Positions 18,691 through 28,668 of a stretch of DNA of 64,000 bases are shown here, piece by piece. Numbering within the stretch: the first letter of the stretch is position 1; every line of letters starts with the position of its first letter. The stretch is taken from positions 458 to 64,457 of the forward strand of contig JARKQC010000203.1 of assembly GCA_029974985.1 (NCBI GenBank). Reading direction: 5' to 3'. Position numbers and translations under genes: made by a program. This stretch comes from Bacteroidota bacterium (GTDB taxonomy: Bacteria; Bacteroidota; Ignavibacteria; Kapaibacteriales; UBA2268). Below the pieces are notes generated by a model that saw only the letters and a program-made list of their open reading frames with translations, was not told where the DNA came from and did not search any database.

Positions 18691-19062
18691 ATGAAAGTTG
18701 AAGTATTAAAAGCTAAACGCAGAGCTAAACGTAAAGCTCACGTAAGAGCAAAAATTAATGGCACATTAGAACGTCCAAGACTTACAGTTTTTAGAAGTCT
18801 TAATGAGTTTTATGCTCAATTAATTGATGATGTTGATGGCAAAACACTCGTTTCTGCCTCTACTATTGACAAAGATTTAAGAGGGCAAATTACAAAAGAT
18901 ATGAATAAAACTGCTAAAAGTATTTTTGTAGGCAAAGCCTTAGCAAAAAAAGCAATCGAAGCAAATATTAATAAAGTTTCTTTTGATAGAAACGGGTATA
19001 TATATCATGGTAGGATTAAAGCCTTCGCTGATGCCGTTCGTCAAGGTGGTATAGAATTTTAA
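18691..19062 (+). CDS. rplR: 50S ribosomal protein L18
   Basis: RPRLTVFRSLNEFYAQLIDD..., FDRNGYIYHGRIKAFADAVRQGG. Confidence 0.96.
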   Translation: MKVEVLKAKRRAKRKAHVRAKINGTLERPRLTVFRSLNEFYAQLIDDVDGKTLVSASTIDKDLRGQITKDMNKTAKSIFVGKALAKKAIEANINKVSFDRNGYIYHGRIKAFADAVRQGGIEF

Positions 19063-19085
19063 TTACTTGTAAGGAGAGAATGTAA

Positions 19086-19589
19086 GTGGCAAATTATAAA
19101 GTATCAGAACTTGACCTAAAAGACAAACTTGTTTATGTCGGTAGAACTGCTAAGGTTGTAAAAGGCGGTAGAAGATTTAATTTTTCTGCATTAGTAGTTG
19201 TAGGCGATGGACAAGGACACGTCGGATACGGATTAGGTAAAGCAAGTGAGGTCGTAGATGCTGTTACAAAAGCAACAGAATCCGCAAAAAAGAATATTGT
19301 AAAAATTCGTCTTTCGAATAATACTATACCACACGAAGCTATTGGTAAATTTGGAGCATCTTCGGTTTTAGTTCGTCCAGCTACTGCTGGTACTGGAGTT
19401 ATTGCATCAGGTGGAATTCGTGCTGTACTCGAATTAGCTGGGGTGCAAGATGTTTTAACTAAAAGTCTAGGTTCGTCAAATCCTCATAATACCGTAAAAG
19501 CTACTGTTGTTGCGCTCGCTTCATTAGAAGATGCTACAAGTGTGGCTGAACGTCGTGGCGTAAGTGTAGAAAAAGTATTATTAGGCTAA
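19086..19589 (+). CDS. rpsE: 30S ribosomal protein S5
   Basis: GTG start; [36 protein letters not shown]. Confidence 0.96.
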   Translation: MANYKVSELDLKDKLVYVGRTAKVVKGGRRFNFSALVVVGDGQGHVGYGLGKASEVVDAVTKATESAKKNIVKIRLSNNTIPHEAIGKFGASSVLVRPATAGTGVIASGGIRAVLELAGVQDVLTKSLGSSNPHNTVKATVVALASLEDATSVAERRGVSVEKVLLG

Positions 19590-19624
19590 TATAATTGATT
19601 AAGCTAAATAAAGGTGGTACAAAA

Positions 19625-19810
19625 ATGGGTAAACTTAAAATTACTCAAACGAAAAGCGTAATTAAAAGAATGCTAAAACAGAAAAAAACTATCGAAGCTC
19701 TTGGACTCGGAAGACCCACATATTCAAATGTTCTTCCAGATAATCCACAAACAAGAGGAATGATAGAAGTAGTAAAGCATTTAGTTACAGTTGAAGAAGT
19801 TTCAGAATAA
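19625..19810 (+). CDS. rpmD: 50S ribosomal protein L30
   Basis: I moved the start to the internal ATG ([15 protein letters not shown]...LGLGR), which follows an aaaggtgg RBS. Confidence 0.9.
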   Translation: MGKLKITQTKSVIKRMLKQKKTIEALGLGRPTYSNVLPDNPQTRGMIEVVKHLVTVEEVSE

Positions 19811-19826
19811 TAAGATAATAAATAAT

Positions 19827-20288
19827 ATGAAGCATATTGGTAATTTATCATACGCCGAAGGTGCAAAAAAGAAATCTAAACGTATTGGACGCGGACCAGG
19901 CTCGGGACACGGTGGAACATCTACTCGTGGACATAAAGGACAAAAATCACGTTCAGGTGCGAAAATATCAAGATTTACCGAAGGCGGTCAAATGCCTATT
20001 AATAGAAGATTGCCTAAATTTGGTTTCTTCAACAGATTTAGAGTAGAATATCAAATTGTAAACGTAAGCACTCTTCAAGAATTAGTAGATAAAAATTTAA
20101 TTCAAGATAATATTGTTGATTTTAATTCTTTATTAGATCTTGGTGTTATTAATAAAAAAACTTTACCTTTAAAAATTTTAGGTAATGGAGAGTTGAACGT
20201 TGCATTGAACGTAACTGCCCATAAGTTTTCTGAATCTGCAAAACAAAAGATTGAGACAGTCGGAGGGACCGTAATAGTAAATGAGTAA
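19827..20288 (+). CDS. rplO: 50S ribosomal protein L15
   Basis: I moved the start to the internal ATG (MKHIGNLSYAEGAKKKSKRIGRGPGSGHGGTSTRGHKGQ), after the rpmD stop. Confidence 0.92.
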   Translation: MKHIGNLSYAEGAKKKSKRIGRGPGSGHGGTSTRGHKGQKSRSGAKISRFTEGGQMPINRRLPKFGFFNRFRVEYQIVNVSTLQELVDKNLIQDNIVDFNSLLDLGVINKKTLPLKILGNGELNVALNVTAHKFSESAKQKIETVGGTVIVNE

Positions 20289-21627
20289 ATTCGTACAAAC
20301 ATTACAAAATATTTTCAAAATCGAAGAATTAAAAGATAGAATACTTTTTACACTTGCGATTCTTGTGGTTGTTCGAATCGGCGCTCATATAACTTTACCC
20401 GGAGTTGATGTTGGTGTATTGAAGATGTCTATCGCGTCGCAAGATTCTAACACTCTATTTGGCTTGTTTGACTTGTTCGTTGGCGGTGCGTTTTCTAATG
20501 CGGCTATATTTGCATTAGGTATTATGCCGTATATTACTTCTTCTATTATATTTCAGCTCGCTGGTGTAGTAGTGCCCGAAATACAAAAAATTCAAAAAGA
20601 AGGCGAAGAAGGCAGAAGGAAAATTAATCAATGGACAAGATTTTTAACAGTATTTATTGCTATGTTACAAGGTTGGGGTATAAGTATTAAACTTGCTTCT
20701 CAAAATGCAAGTGGCATTCCAGTAGTTCCAGATTCAGGCTTTTGGTTTATTACATCAACGATAATCTTGCTTTCAGCAGGTACAGTATTTATGATGTGGT
20801 TAGGTGAGCAGATTACTGAAAGAGGTATTGGTAATGGTATTTCTTTAATCATTATGATCGGTATTATTGCACGTTTACCTGCATCATTATTTAATGAATG
20901 GAATTTACTTGTTTCCGGTTCAAGATTGTGGCCTGTTGAAATTATTGTGATTGCATTACTAGTAATTATTATTGCATCTATTGTATTAGTTACCTTAGGG
21001 GCAAGGAGAATACCTGTTCAATATGCTAAACGCCAAGTTGGTAATAAAGTTTACGGCGGCACTACTCAATATATACCATTAAGAGTTAATACTGCTGGTG
21101 TAATGCCAATTATCTTTGCTCAATCATTGATGTTTATCCCAAATACTATTGCTACATTTTTCCCTGAAAGTGCATTCTTTAATACAGTTGCAAGATTGTT
21201 TGACCATCAATCATTTTTCTATGCAGCAGTATATTTCTTAATGATTGTAGCATTTACATATTTTTATACAGCAATAATATTTAATCCCAAAGAAATTGCT
21301 GATAATATGAAAAAACAAGGTGGATTTATTCCTGGTATTAGACCGGGCAATAATACATCAGAATATATAGAAGCGATACTTACACGTATTACTTTACCCG
21401 GTTCAATTTTCTTAGGTATTGTTGCAATATTACCAACATTTATTTCTTACTTCTTCAAGGTTGATATGCATTTTGCTGCATTCTTTGGAGGAACAAGTTT
21501 GCTTATTATGGTTGGTGTCGCTCTTGATACTTTACAACAAATTGAATCACATTTATTAATGCGTCATTACGATGGATTTATGAAAAGTGGTAAAATGCGT
21601 GGTAGAGCTGGTGTTGGTGGGTTTTAA
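20281..21627 (+). CDS. secY: Preprotein translocase subunit SecY
   Basis: 448 aa and 10-TM. Motifs LGIMPYITSSIIFQL and GISLIIMIGI. It overlaps rplO by 8 nt. Confidence 0.96.
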   Translation: MSKFVQTLQNIFKIEELKDRILFTLAILVVVRIGAHITLPGVDVGVLKMSIASQDSNTLFGLFDLFVGGAFSNAAIFALGIMPYITSSIIFQLAGVVVPEIQKIQKEGEEGRRKINQWTRFLTVFIAMLQGWGISIKLASQNASGIPVVPDSGFWFITSTIILLSAGTVFMMWLGEQITERGIGNGISLIIMIGIIARLPASLFNEWNLLVSGSRLWPVEIIVIALLVIIIASIVLVTLGARRIPVQYAKRQVGNKVYGGTTQYIPLRVNTAGVMPIIFAQSLMFIPNTIATFFPESAFFNTVARLFDHQSFFYAAVYFLMIVAFTYFYTAIIFNPKEIADNMKKQGGFIPGIRPGNNTSEYIEAILTRITLPGSIFLGIVAILPTFISYFFKVDMHFAAFFGGTSLLIMVGVALDTLQQIESHLLMRHYDGFMKSGKMRGRAGVGGF

Positions 21628-21665
21628 TTATAATTTATTCGGTAATATTACTACTATAATATAAT

Positions 21666-21884
21666 ATGGCAAAACAAGATTTAATAAGAGTTGATGGTGT
21701 TATAGACGAGTCATTACCGAATACACAGTTCATCGTTAAACTCGAAAATGGACATAAAATTTTAGCACATATTTCGGGGAAAATGAGAATGAACTTTATA
21801 AAAATACTTCAAGGTGATAAGGTTACAGTAGAACTGTCTCCTTATGACTTAACAAAAGGTAGAATTGTTTATAGATTTAAATAG
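21666..21884 (+). CDS. infA: Translation initiation factor IF-1
   Basis: 72 aa; S1-like sequence [45 protein letters not shown]. Confidence 0.96.
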   Translation: MAKQDLIRVDGVIDESLPNTQFIVKLENGHKILAHISGKMRMNFIKILQGDKVTVELSPYDLTKGRIVYRFK

Positions 21885-21894
21885 TGAGTCAGCC

Positions 21895-22011
21895 ATGAAA
21901 GTTCAGGCATCTGTTAAAAAAAGAAATCCTGATGATAAAATTGTGAAAAGAAAAGGAAGAGTTTATATCATCAATAAAAAAAATCCACGTTTCAAACAGA
22001 GACAAGGTTAA
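21895..22011 (+). CDS. rpmJ: 50S ribosomal protein L36 (Cys-less form)
   Basis: This 38-aa ORF is not in the supplied track: [38 protein letters not shown]. It sits in the canonical infA-rpmJ-rpsM position. Confidence 0.9.
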   Translation: MKVQASVKKRNPDDKIVKRKGRVYIINKKNPRFKQRQG

Positions 22012-22027
22012 TTAAAGGAGTAAAATT

Positions 22028-22402
22028 GTGGCTCGTATTGCAGGTATAGACATACCAAAAAATAAACGCGGTGTTGTTGGATTAACTTATATTTTTGGCG
22101 TTGGTCGAACTACTTCTGAAAAAGTATTAAACCAAGCTGGTATAGATTTATCTAAACGTGTTAATGATTGGTCTGATGATGAGATCGCAAGAATTCGCCA
22201 GATTCTCGACAATTACAAAATTGAAGGTAATCTGAGAAGCGAAATACAAATGAATATAAAACGACTTATGGATATTGGTTGTTATCGTGGTTTAAGACAT
22301 AGAAGAGGATTACCTGTTAGAGGTCAAAGAACTCGTACTAATGCTCGTACACGTAAAGGTCGTAAGAAAACAGTTGCTGGAAAGAAAAAAGCAACTAAAT
22401 AA
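22028..22402 (+). CDS. rpsM: 30S ribosomal protein S13
   Basis: GTG start; [13 protein letters not shown]..., [27 protein letters not shown]. Confidence 0.96.
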   Translation: MARIAGIDIPKNKRGVVGLTYIFGVGRTTSEKVLNQAGIDLSKRVNDWSDDEIARIRQILDNYKIEGNLRSEIQMNIKRLMDIGCYRGLRHRRGLPVRGQRTRTNARTRKGRKKTVAGKKKATK

Positions 22403-22444
22403 TCTCTATGAGATAATTTGTACATTAAATTTAGGTAAAATAAC

Positions 22445-22825
22445 GTGGCAAAAAAGAAAGTCAAAAAGAAAGTCGTCTCAGATATTCATGGTAAAGCATT
22501 TATCAGGGCTACTTTTAATAATGTGCAAGTAACAATAACCGATATGTATGGAAATACATTATGCTGGTCCTCAGCAGGAAAAAATGGTTTTAAGGGGTCA
22601 AAGAAAAACACCCCTTATGCGGCACAAGTATCCGCCGAAAAATCAGCAAAAGAAGCATACGATATGGGATTACGTAAAGTTGACGTTATGGTAAAAGGAC
22701 CAGGCTCGGGAAGAGAAGCGGCTATTAGAGCATTATCACAAGCCGGTCTTGAAATACATAGTATAGTTGACCGAACCCCAATTCCACATAACGGTTGTCG
22801 TCCGCCAAAAAGAAGAAGAGTGTAA
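22445..22825 (+). CDS. rpsK: 30S ribosomal protein S11
   Basis: GTG start; [37 protein letters not shown]. Confidence 0.96.
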   Translation: MAKKKVKKKVVSDIHGKAFIRATFNNVQVTITDMYGNTLCWSSAGKNGFKGSKKNTPYAAQVSAEKSAKEAYDMGLRKVDVMVKGPGSGREAAIRALSQAGLEIHSIVDRTPIPHNGCRPPKRRRV

Positions 22826-22876
22826 TACTCGTGGCATTCATATATTTGGTCACATAAATTAACGATTGAAATTAAT

Positions 22877-23896
22877 ATGAATACTCAAATGCAAATGCCC
22901 GAAAGGGTTATTATTGAAGAAACATCTGCCGAATCACACGGTAGATTTATTATGCAACCTCTCGAGCCTGGGTTTGGGGTTACTATTGGTAATACTTTAA
23001 GAAGAATATTGCTTTCTTCTATTCCAGGTACAGCCATTATTGGTTTGAAAATTTCTGATGTTTTACACGAATTTCAGACTATTCCAGGCGTTCTTGAGGA
23101 TACCTCTGAAATCATACTTAATTTAAAAGAAGTTAGAATTAAAACTTCTGATAAAAAACTGACAAAAGTTAATATGCAAATTAAAGGTCCCGGAAGCTGG
23201 ACTGCTAAGGATATTCAAGACGCAGCTCCTACATTAGAAGTTATGGACCCAAATCATCATATATGTACATTAGCTGATGATGCCGAGTTTGACGTAGAAC
23301 TTAGATTAGGAAAAGGAAAAGGGTACGTGCCAGCCGAAGAGCAAGTAATTACCGATTTTCCAATTGGTATGCTACCAATTGATTCAATTTATACACCAAT
23401 TATGAATGTCGTTTATACTATTGAACCATATAGAGTTGGTCAAAGAATTGATTACGAAAAACTTATTCTTGACGTGAAAACTGATGGAACTATTTCTGCA
23501 CAAGAAGCAGTTCATGCTTCTGCTAAAATTATGAATGACCATATCAAGTATTTCATTAATTTTGAACAATTTGAAGAAGAAGTACCCGTTCAGGAAATCG
23601 TTGAAGAAGAAGTTAAGGTAGCTGAAAGAAATAGATTAAGAAAAATATTATTAACTCCTGTTGAAGACCTTGAGCTTTCGGTTAGGGCACATAATTGCCT
23701 TAAAGCCGCAAATATAAAAACTTTAGCAGAGTTAGTTCAACTACAAGAATCAGAGTTATTAAAATTCCGTAACTTTGGACGTAAATCATTAGCAGAATTA
23801 ACTGAAGTTGTTTTACTTAATGGTTTAGAATTTGGTATGAGTGTTGAACAATTTCTTAAAGATGATAAAATAGCTCCTGAAGCTTTAATTGATTAA
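22877..23896 (+). CDS. rpoA: DNA-directed RNA polymerase subunit alpha
   Basis: 339 aa. N-terminal domain motif PLEPGFGVTIGNTLRRILLSSIPG; C-terminal domain motif LELSVRAHNCLKAANIKTLAELV. Confidence 0.96.
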   Translation: MNTQMQMPERVIIEETSAESHGRFIMQPLEPGFGVTIGNTLRRILLSSIPGTAIIGLKISDVLHEFQTIPGVLEDTSEIILNLKEVRIKTSDKKLTKVNMQIKGPGSWTAKDIQDAAPTLEVMDPNHHICTLADDAEFDVELRLGKGKGYVPAEEQVITDFPIGMLPIDSIYTPIMNVVYTIEPYRVGQRIDYEKLILDVKTDGTISAQEAVHASAKIMNDHIKYFINFEQFEEEVPVQEIVEEEVKVAERNRLRKILLTPVEDLELSVRAHNCLKAANIKTLAELVQLQESELLKFRNFGRKSLAELTEVVLLNGLEFGMSVEQFLKDDKIAPEALID

Positions 23897-23929
23897 TTTT
23901 AATATTATTACTGAAATTGAGTTCTAATT

Positions 23930-24607
23930 ATGAGACATTTAGTATCGGGAAGAAAGTTGAAAAGGACAAGTAGTCATAGAAAAGCACTACTTGCAAACCT
24001 TGCTACTGAACTTTTCAGACATAAAAGTATTAAAACTACCGAAGCAAAAGCAAAAGAATTACGCCCTTATGCTGAATCTTTGATTACAAAAGCTAAAATT
24101 GCTTTGATTAAAGAAAAAGAAAATGCTTTACCTAATGGACATACTATTGATGTTCATAGTAGAAGAATTGTTGCTAAACATATTCGTGTAAAAAGTGTGT
24201 TAGAAGAATTGTTTAATTCAATTGCTCCTGCTGTTATTGATAGAAACGGTGGTTATTCAAGAGTTATTAAGACTGGAATGAGACAAGGTGATTCTGCACG
24301 CACTGCTATTATCGAGCTTGTTGACTTCTCTGCTCCTCAAGACGGAGCATTTGCTTTGAAAAAAAGAAAAAAGAAAACAAGTTCAAAACCAAAAACAGAA
24401 GAAATTCAGCATATCAAAGCAGTAGATAAAAAAATAGTTGAAGATGAAATTATTGAAAAAAATGAAACTATTGTAAATGCGGCAGATATAGTTGAAAATG
24501 AAGTAGAACTTACAAATTCTTTAGATGAAAATATCAATGATGCACCAGAAAATACTGAAATTGAAAATGCATCAGAAAATATTTCTAATGAAGAAAATAA
24601 AGCCTAA
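23930..24607 (+). CDS. rplQ: 50S ribosomal protein L17 with an acidic C-terminal tail of about 90 aa
   Basis: L17 core: [28 protein letters not shown]...[33 protein letters not shown] segment and an E/N/D-rich low-complexity tail follow. Confidence 0.93.
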   Translation: MRHLVSGRKLKRTSSHRKALLANLATELFRHKSIKTTEAKAKELRPYAESLITKAKIALIKEKENALPNGHTIDVHSRRIVAKHIRVKSVLEELFNSIAPAVIDRNGGYSRVIKTGMRQGDSARTAIIELVDFSAPQDGAFALKKRKKKTSSKPKTEEIQHIKAVDKKIVEDEIIEKNETIVNAADIVENEVELTNSLDENINDAPENTEIENASENISNEENKA

Positions 24608-24630
24608 TTTTTCATAGATTAATTGATTAG

Positions 24631-24690
24631 GAAGCCAACCAAATATTATTTGATTAATTATATTTATCAAAAATTTGGTCGGCTTCTTTA
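24631..24690 (+). terminator. Possible terminator after rplQ
   Basis: gaagccaaccaaat ... atttggtcggcttc forms a 14-bp stem with one mismatch and a long loop of about 28 nt. tttaatttt follows. Confidence 0.35.
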
Positions 24691-24697
24691 ATTTTAA

Positions 24698-25393
24698 ATG
24701 ATTATTAGAGCAAAAAATATTGTAAAGTCTTTTCAAATAGTTGGAGAGAAAAAGACTGTTGTTTTAAATGGTCTTAATCTTACTATTGATGAAGGTGAAT
24801 TTGTTGCGCTTGTCGGACCCTCTGGTGTTGGAAAAAGTACTTTATTATATTTATTAGGTACTCTCGATAAGCCTGATTCTGGTGAAATAATATTTAATAG
24901 TAAAGATGAGCAAATAAATATTACTAATGTAGTTGATTTTAAACTTGCTAAATTACGAAATAATATGTTAGGTTTTATTTTTCAATTTCATCAATTATTA
25001 CCAGAATTTACCTCATTAGAAAATGTAATTATCCCAGCTCTAATAAAAGGCGTTTCTAAAAAAAAGTGTGTTGAAAAAGCAAATTATTTACTTGAAAAAG
25101 TAGGAATGCAACATAGATTAAATAATAAACCTTCTGAATTATCAGGTGGCGAACAGCAAAGAGTTGCAATTGCTCGCGCTTTAATGAATGATCCCAAAAT
25201 TATATTAGCTGACGAACCAACGGGGAATCTTGATAAACATAATTCACAGTTTGTGCTTGAATTGATTTCATCAATACGTAAAGAATATAATTTGACTTGT
25301 TTAGTTGCTACTCATAGTATTGATGTAGCTAACTATGCAGATAGAATCTGCACAATGGGTGATGGATTAATACTAAATGATACAAAATATTAA
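24698..25393 (+). CDS. ABC transporter ATP-binding protein, LolD/FtsE-like
   Basis: Walker A GPSGVGKST, signature LSGGEQQRVAIARAL, Walker B ILADEPTGNLD; 231 aa. There is no adjacent permease. Confidence 0.85.
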   Translation: MIIRAKNIVKSFQIVGEKKTVVLNGLNLTIDEGEFVALVGPSGVGKSTLLYLLGTLDKPDSGEIIFNSKDEQINITNVVDFKLAKLRNNMLGFIFQFHQLLPEFTSLENVIIPALIKGVSKKKCVEKANYLLEKVGMQHRLNNKPSELSGGEQQRVAIARALMNDPKIILADEPTGNLDKHNSQFVLELISSIRKEYNLTCLVATHSIDVANYADRICTMGDGLILNDTKY

Positions 25394-25421
25394 TAAATAA
25401 TTGTAAATTTATATAAATTAT

Positions 25422-25452
25422 TTTGTCAATTTAATAATTTATATTATTTTTG
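25422..25452 (+). promoter_or_regulatory. Candidate Bacteroidetes-type promoter for rpsF-rplI
   Basis: TTTG at 25422-25425 and TAttTTTG at 25445-25452 are separated by 19 nt, about 70 nt upstream of the rpsF ATG. Confidence 0.35.
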
Positions 25453-25525
25453 TATTCTGTATTTACCATCAATAAAAAAAATTATTTTGATGTGATAAAG
25501 GATTTTTAATTAGGAGATATAATAA

Positions 25526-25963
25526 ATGAATGTTCGCCGTGTTTATGAGTCAACTGTAATAATAAATGCTGCTTTGGAAGATAACGATATTGATGTAATT
25601 ATTAATAAAATTACTAATTATATCGAAAATCACGGTGGTGCAATTCTTGAAATTGATAAGTGGGGACGTAAAAGATTAGCATACCCAATAAATAAAAAAT
25701 ATAATGGGTTCTATGTGCATATTGTATTTGAGACTTTACCAATAAATTTACCTATTTTGGAAAGGTTTTATGTCCTCGAAGATACAATATTAAGACACCT
25801 TACTTTGATTTTACCTGAAAGTTTACGTCAGCATCGCAAAGAAAAAGCTTTGTCGAACGGTAAAGAATCAGGCGTTGATTTAATTTCAGGAACTGACACT
25901 ATTGTTAAAACAGAAGCTACACTTACCATTGAAAAAGATGAAATAGTTGCTGAAGAAGTATAA
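25526..25963 (+). CDS. rpsF: 30S ribosomal protein S6
   Basis: YESTVIINAALED...IDKWGRKRLAYPINKKYNGFYVHIVFE. Confidence 0.93.
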   Translation: MNVRRVYESTVIINAALEDNDIDVIINKITNYIENHGGAILEIDKWGRKRLAYPINKKYNGFYVHIVFETLPINLPILERFYVLEDTILRHLTLILPESLRQHRKEKALSNGKESGVDLISGTDTIVKTEATLTIEKDEIVAEEV

Positions 25964-26018
25964 TACAATGTTTATTTATATTTGCTCTTAATTACGATTA
26001 TAATAGGAAATTATAGAA

Positions 26019-26468
26019 ATGAAAGTTATTCTTAGGAAAGATTTATTAAATTTAGGCGAAATGGGTGAAATCGTTAATGTGCGCGATGGCTATGCACGCA
26101 ACTATTTAATCCCAAGAGACTATGCTTATTATGCATCAGAAAGCGCTATTAAACGCCTTGAAATTGAAAAACAGCATAGAGCAAAAAAATTAGCTAAAGA
26201 AAAAGTTTATGCTGAATCATTAGCTAATTCATTAGCAGAAGTGCAGGTTAGCGTTGCTATGAAAGTAGGTGAAGAAGGTAAATTATACGGCTCTGTAACC
26301 CCTACTATGATTGCACACGAGCTTACTATTAAAGGATTTAATATTGATAAAAGAAATATTATTGTAGATAATAGTATAAAGACTCTTGGAGTTTTCGATG
26401 CTAAAATAAAACTTCACCCTGAAGTTACTGCAAACATAAAAGTTTGGGTTATTAGCGAAGAAGAATAA
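26019..26468 (+). CDS. rplI: 50S ribosomal protein L9
   Basis: MKVILRKDLLNLGEMGEIVNVRDGYARNYLIPRDYA. Confidence 0.95.
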   Translation: MKVILRKDLLNLGEMGEIVNVRDGYARNYLIPRDYAYYASESAIKRLEIEKQHRAKKLAKEKVYAESLANSLAEVQVSVAMKVGEEGKLYGSVTPTMIAHELTIKGFNIDKRNIIVDNSIKTLGVFDAKIKLHPEVTANIKVWVISEEE

Positions 26469-26486
26469 TAAGAAAAATATTTTTTT

Positions 26487-26522
26487 AAAAAGGGTAGAAT
26501 TTGATTTATTCTACCCTTTTTT
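26487..26522 (+). terminator. Rho-independent terminator after rplI
   Basis: aaaagggtagaat-ttgattt-attctaccctttt stem-loop followed by a T run. Confidence 0.7.
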
Positions 26523-26586
26523 AGTATATTTAGTAATTTTTTATAAATATTTCAGTCTATAATATTTTAAATTATTTATAAGAAAT

Positions 26587-27315
26587 ATGAAAATCATAAC
26601 CTCAAAAAATATACAAAATTTAAGTTTAATTAGTTTTGTTGCTATTACAATTTTAATTTGGAATATTCCCGGTGGTAAAATATTACTTTATCCATTTACT
26701 ATTTTAAGCACGTGGTTTCACGAATTGGCACACGGGTTTTCTGCAATATTATTGGGAGGGGATTTTCATAAAATTGTGATTTTTCCCGATGGTTCGGGCT
26801 ATGCACAGTTCTCATATTCAAGCTTATTCTTTGATAATATTGGGAAATCAATAGTTGCAGGAGCTGGACCAATCGGACCTTCTGTTATTGGAGCAATTTT
26901 TGTAATGAGTTCTGTAAAAGAAAAATCAACACGAATAGTAATGTATTTATTTAGTATTTTTCTAATTAGCACATCAATAATTTGGATAAGACCAATAATT
27001 AGTTGGGGCTTTTTTATAATTTTAATTTTTTCAATTCTAATTACACAAATTGCCACAAAGGCAAATGATAAATTTAAGATATTTACACTACAGTTTATCG
27101 CAGTACAAGCATTTTTAAGCGTATATCAAAGCATGGGTTACTTATTTTCAAGTGGAGCAATAGTTGATGGTAATCATAATTTAAGCGATACTGCTGTTAT
27201 TTCTGAAAATTTATTTCTACCTTATTGGTTTTGGGGAGCGATAATTTTACTAATTAATATTATTTTGATTTATTATAGTTTTAATTATTATTATAAAAAG
27301 GTTAAAATATATTAA
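26587..27315 (+). CDS. Integral membrane metallopeptidase, M50B-like
   Basis: HExxH (WFHELAHGFSAILLGG) followed by FPDGSGYAQ, with about 6 TM helices. This matches my recollection of the Peptidase_M50B-like family. Confidence 0.6.
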   Translation: MKIITSKNIQNLSLISFVAITILIWNIPGGKILLYPFTILSTWFHELAHGFSAILLGGDFHKIVIFPDGSGYAQFSYSSLFFDNIGKSIVAGAGPIGPSVIGAIFVMSSVKEKSTRIVMYLFSIFLISTSIIWIRPIISWGFFIILIFSILITQIATKANDKFKIFTLQFIAVQAFLSVYQSMGYLFSSGAIVDGNHNLSDTAVISENLFLPYWFWGAIILLINIILIYYSFNYYYKKVKIY

Positions 27316-27400
27316 TTAATAATTTTGCTGTTTGTCTTATTTTATTTATTTTTAAATTCATTGTAAATTACTTATTTTAAATCATAAAAGGATTAATATT

Positions 27401-28609
27401 TTGAAAATAAAATACATATTTTTAATTATATTTATTTTTTCTATTAATAATAAATTTGCTTTTTCTCAATTTGACTATAGTTTATACGGTTTTGTAAAAA
27501 CAGACGTAATTTACGATACTCGTCAAAATGTTACTGCACGCGAGGGACATTTATTACTATATCCTACAAATGTTTTAGATGCACAGGGTGAGGATGCAAA
27601 CGATGGACTTAATTTTAATATTTTATCTATTCAATCAAGAGCGGGAATAAAAATCTCTGCACCCGAATTTCTTGGTGCAAAATCGAGTGGTTTGATTGAA
27701 GGTGAGTTTTTTGGTTCTAATAATAGCATTTCTGGTGCTATGCGTATGCGTCATGCATATCTAAAGCTACAATGGAATAATCACGAAGTGCTTGCCGGTC
27801 AAACATGGAATCCAATTTTCATTGATGATTGTTATCCTTTAACAGTATCTTTTAATACGGGGATACCATTTGTGCAGTTTAGTCGTAATCCAATGATTAA
27901 ATATACTTATATACCCGAAAAAATAAGATTTCATATTTCTGCAATAGCCGAAAGAGACTATCAAAGCCCGGGCCCCGATGGGGAATCAAGTAATTATTTA
28001 CGAAATTCTGGATTGCCAATATTTAATTTTGGAACTAATTATGATGATGGTACTCTATATTTTGCAGCGAATGTAATGTATAAAGAAATTCAACCAAGAT
28101 TAATGACAGAAAAAAGATTTAAAGATGAGAATAGAGTAAAGGGTTTTCTTACAAATGCACTAATTCGATATAAAACAAAAGATTTCTTTATTACTGTTTC
28201 AGCATTTTATGGGCAAAATACGTATAATTTAATGATGTTAGGCGGCTACGGAGTTAGTGAAATTTCTCAAAATGATGGAAAATGGGAATATACTCCAATA
28301 AATATTGCTTCGACTTGGTTTGATATTAATTATGGCGATAAATTAAGTGTCGGTTTGTTCGGTGGATATAGTAAAAATTTAGGTGCAGATAAAGAAATTA
28401 TTGCTAATTATTTTTCGCGTGGAAAAGATATTGATTATCTTTATAGAATATCGCCAAGAATTGTTTATAAGATGAATAAAACACAATTAGCTGGCGAATT
28501 AGAATGCACGAGTGCCGCTTATGGTACTAATGATAATTTTGGTAAAGTTATTAACTCTAAAGAGATAACAAATTATAGAATTTTACTTGCCGCTTATATA
28601 TTTTTCTAA
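27401..28609 (+). CDS. Outer-membrane beta-barrel (porin-like) protein
   Basis: TTG start. It has a signal peptide, alternating hydrophobic beta-strand patterning, and a C-terminal ...YRILLAAYIFF ending in Phe, which is an OMP sorting signature. Confidence 0.55.
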   Translation: MKIKYIFLIIFIFSINNKFAFSQFDYSLYGFVKTDVIYDTRQNVTAREGHLLLYPTNVLDAQGEDANDGLNFNILSIQSRAGIKISAPEFLGAKSSGLIEGEFFGSNNSISGAMRMRHAYLKLQWNNHEVLAGQTWNPIFIDDCYPLTVSFNTGIPFVQFSRNPMIKYTYIPEKIRFHISAIAERDYQSPGPDGESSNYLRNSGLPIFNFGTNYDDGTLYFAANVMYKEIQPRLMTEKRFKDENRVKGFLTNALIRYKTKDFFITVSAFYGQNTYNLMMLGGYGVSEISQNDGKWEYTPINIASTWFDINYGDKLSVGLFGGYSKNLGADKEIIANYFSRGKDIDYLYRISPRIVYKMNKTQLAGELECTSAAYGTNDNFGKVINSKEITNYRILLAAYIFF

Positions 28610-28668
28610 TTTGAAATAATTAATTTTGCATTGTATTTAGCAATTATATTAAATTTAGAATAATATAA

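Noticed and set aside
15432-20288. The longest-ORF starts for rpmC (15432), rpmD (19595) and rplO (19791).
   Set aside because: The extra N-terminal residues overlap the upstream genes and do not match the conserved N-termini. The internal ATGs at 15459, 19625 and 19827 fit the families and the RBS spacing.
6870-24607. Many 60-125-aa ORFs on the opposite strand or in alternate frames inside ribosomal and translation genes. Examples: 6870-7076, 7385-7630, 7755-7967, 7894-8103, 10641-10859, 11604-11834, 11938-12141, 11954-12157, 12826-13026, 13379-13561, 13711-13935, 17404-17775, 19645-19866, 19837-20046, 20102-20302, 22341-22532 and 23384-23569.
   Set aside because: Each one lies fully inside or across a gene with an unmistakable conserved product. 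Their translations are low-complexity and have no motifs. They are shadow ORFs.
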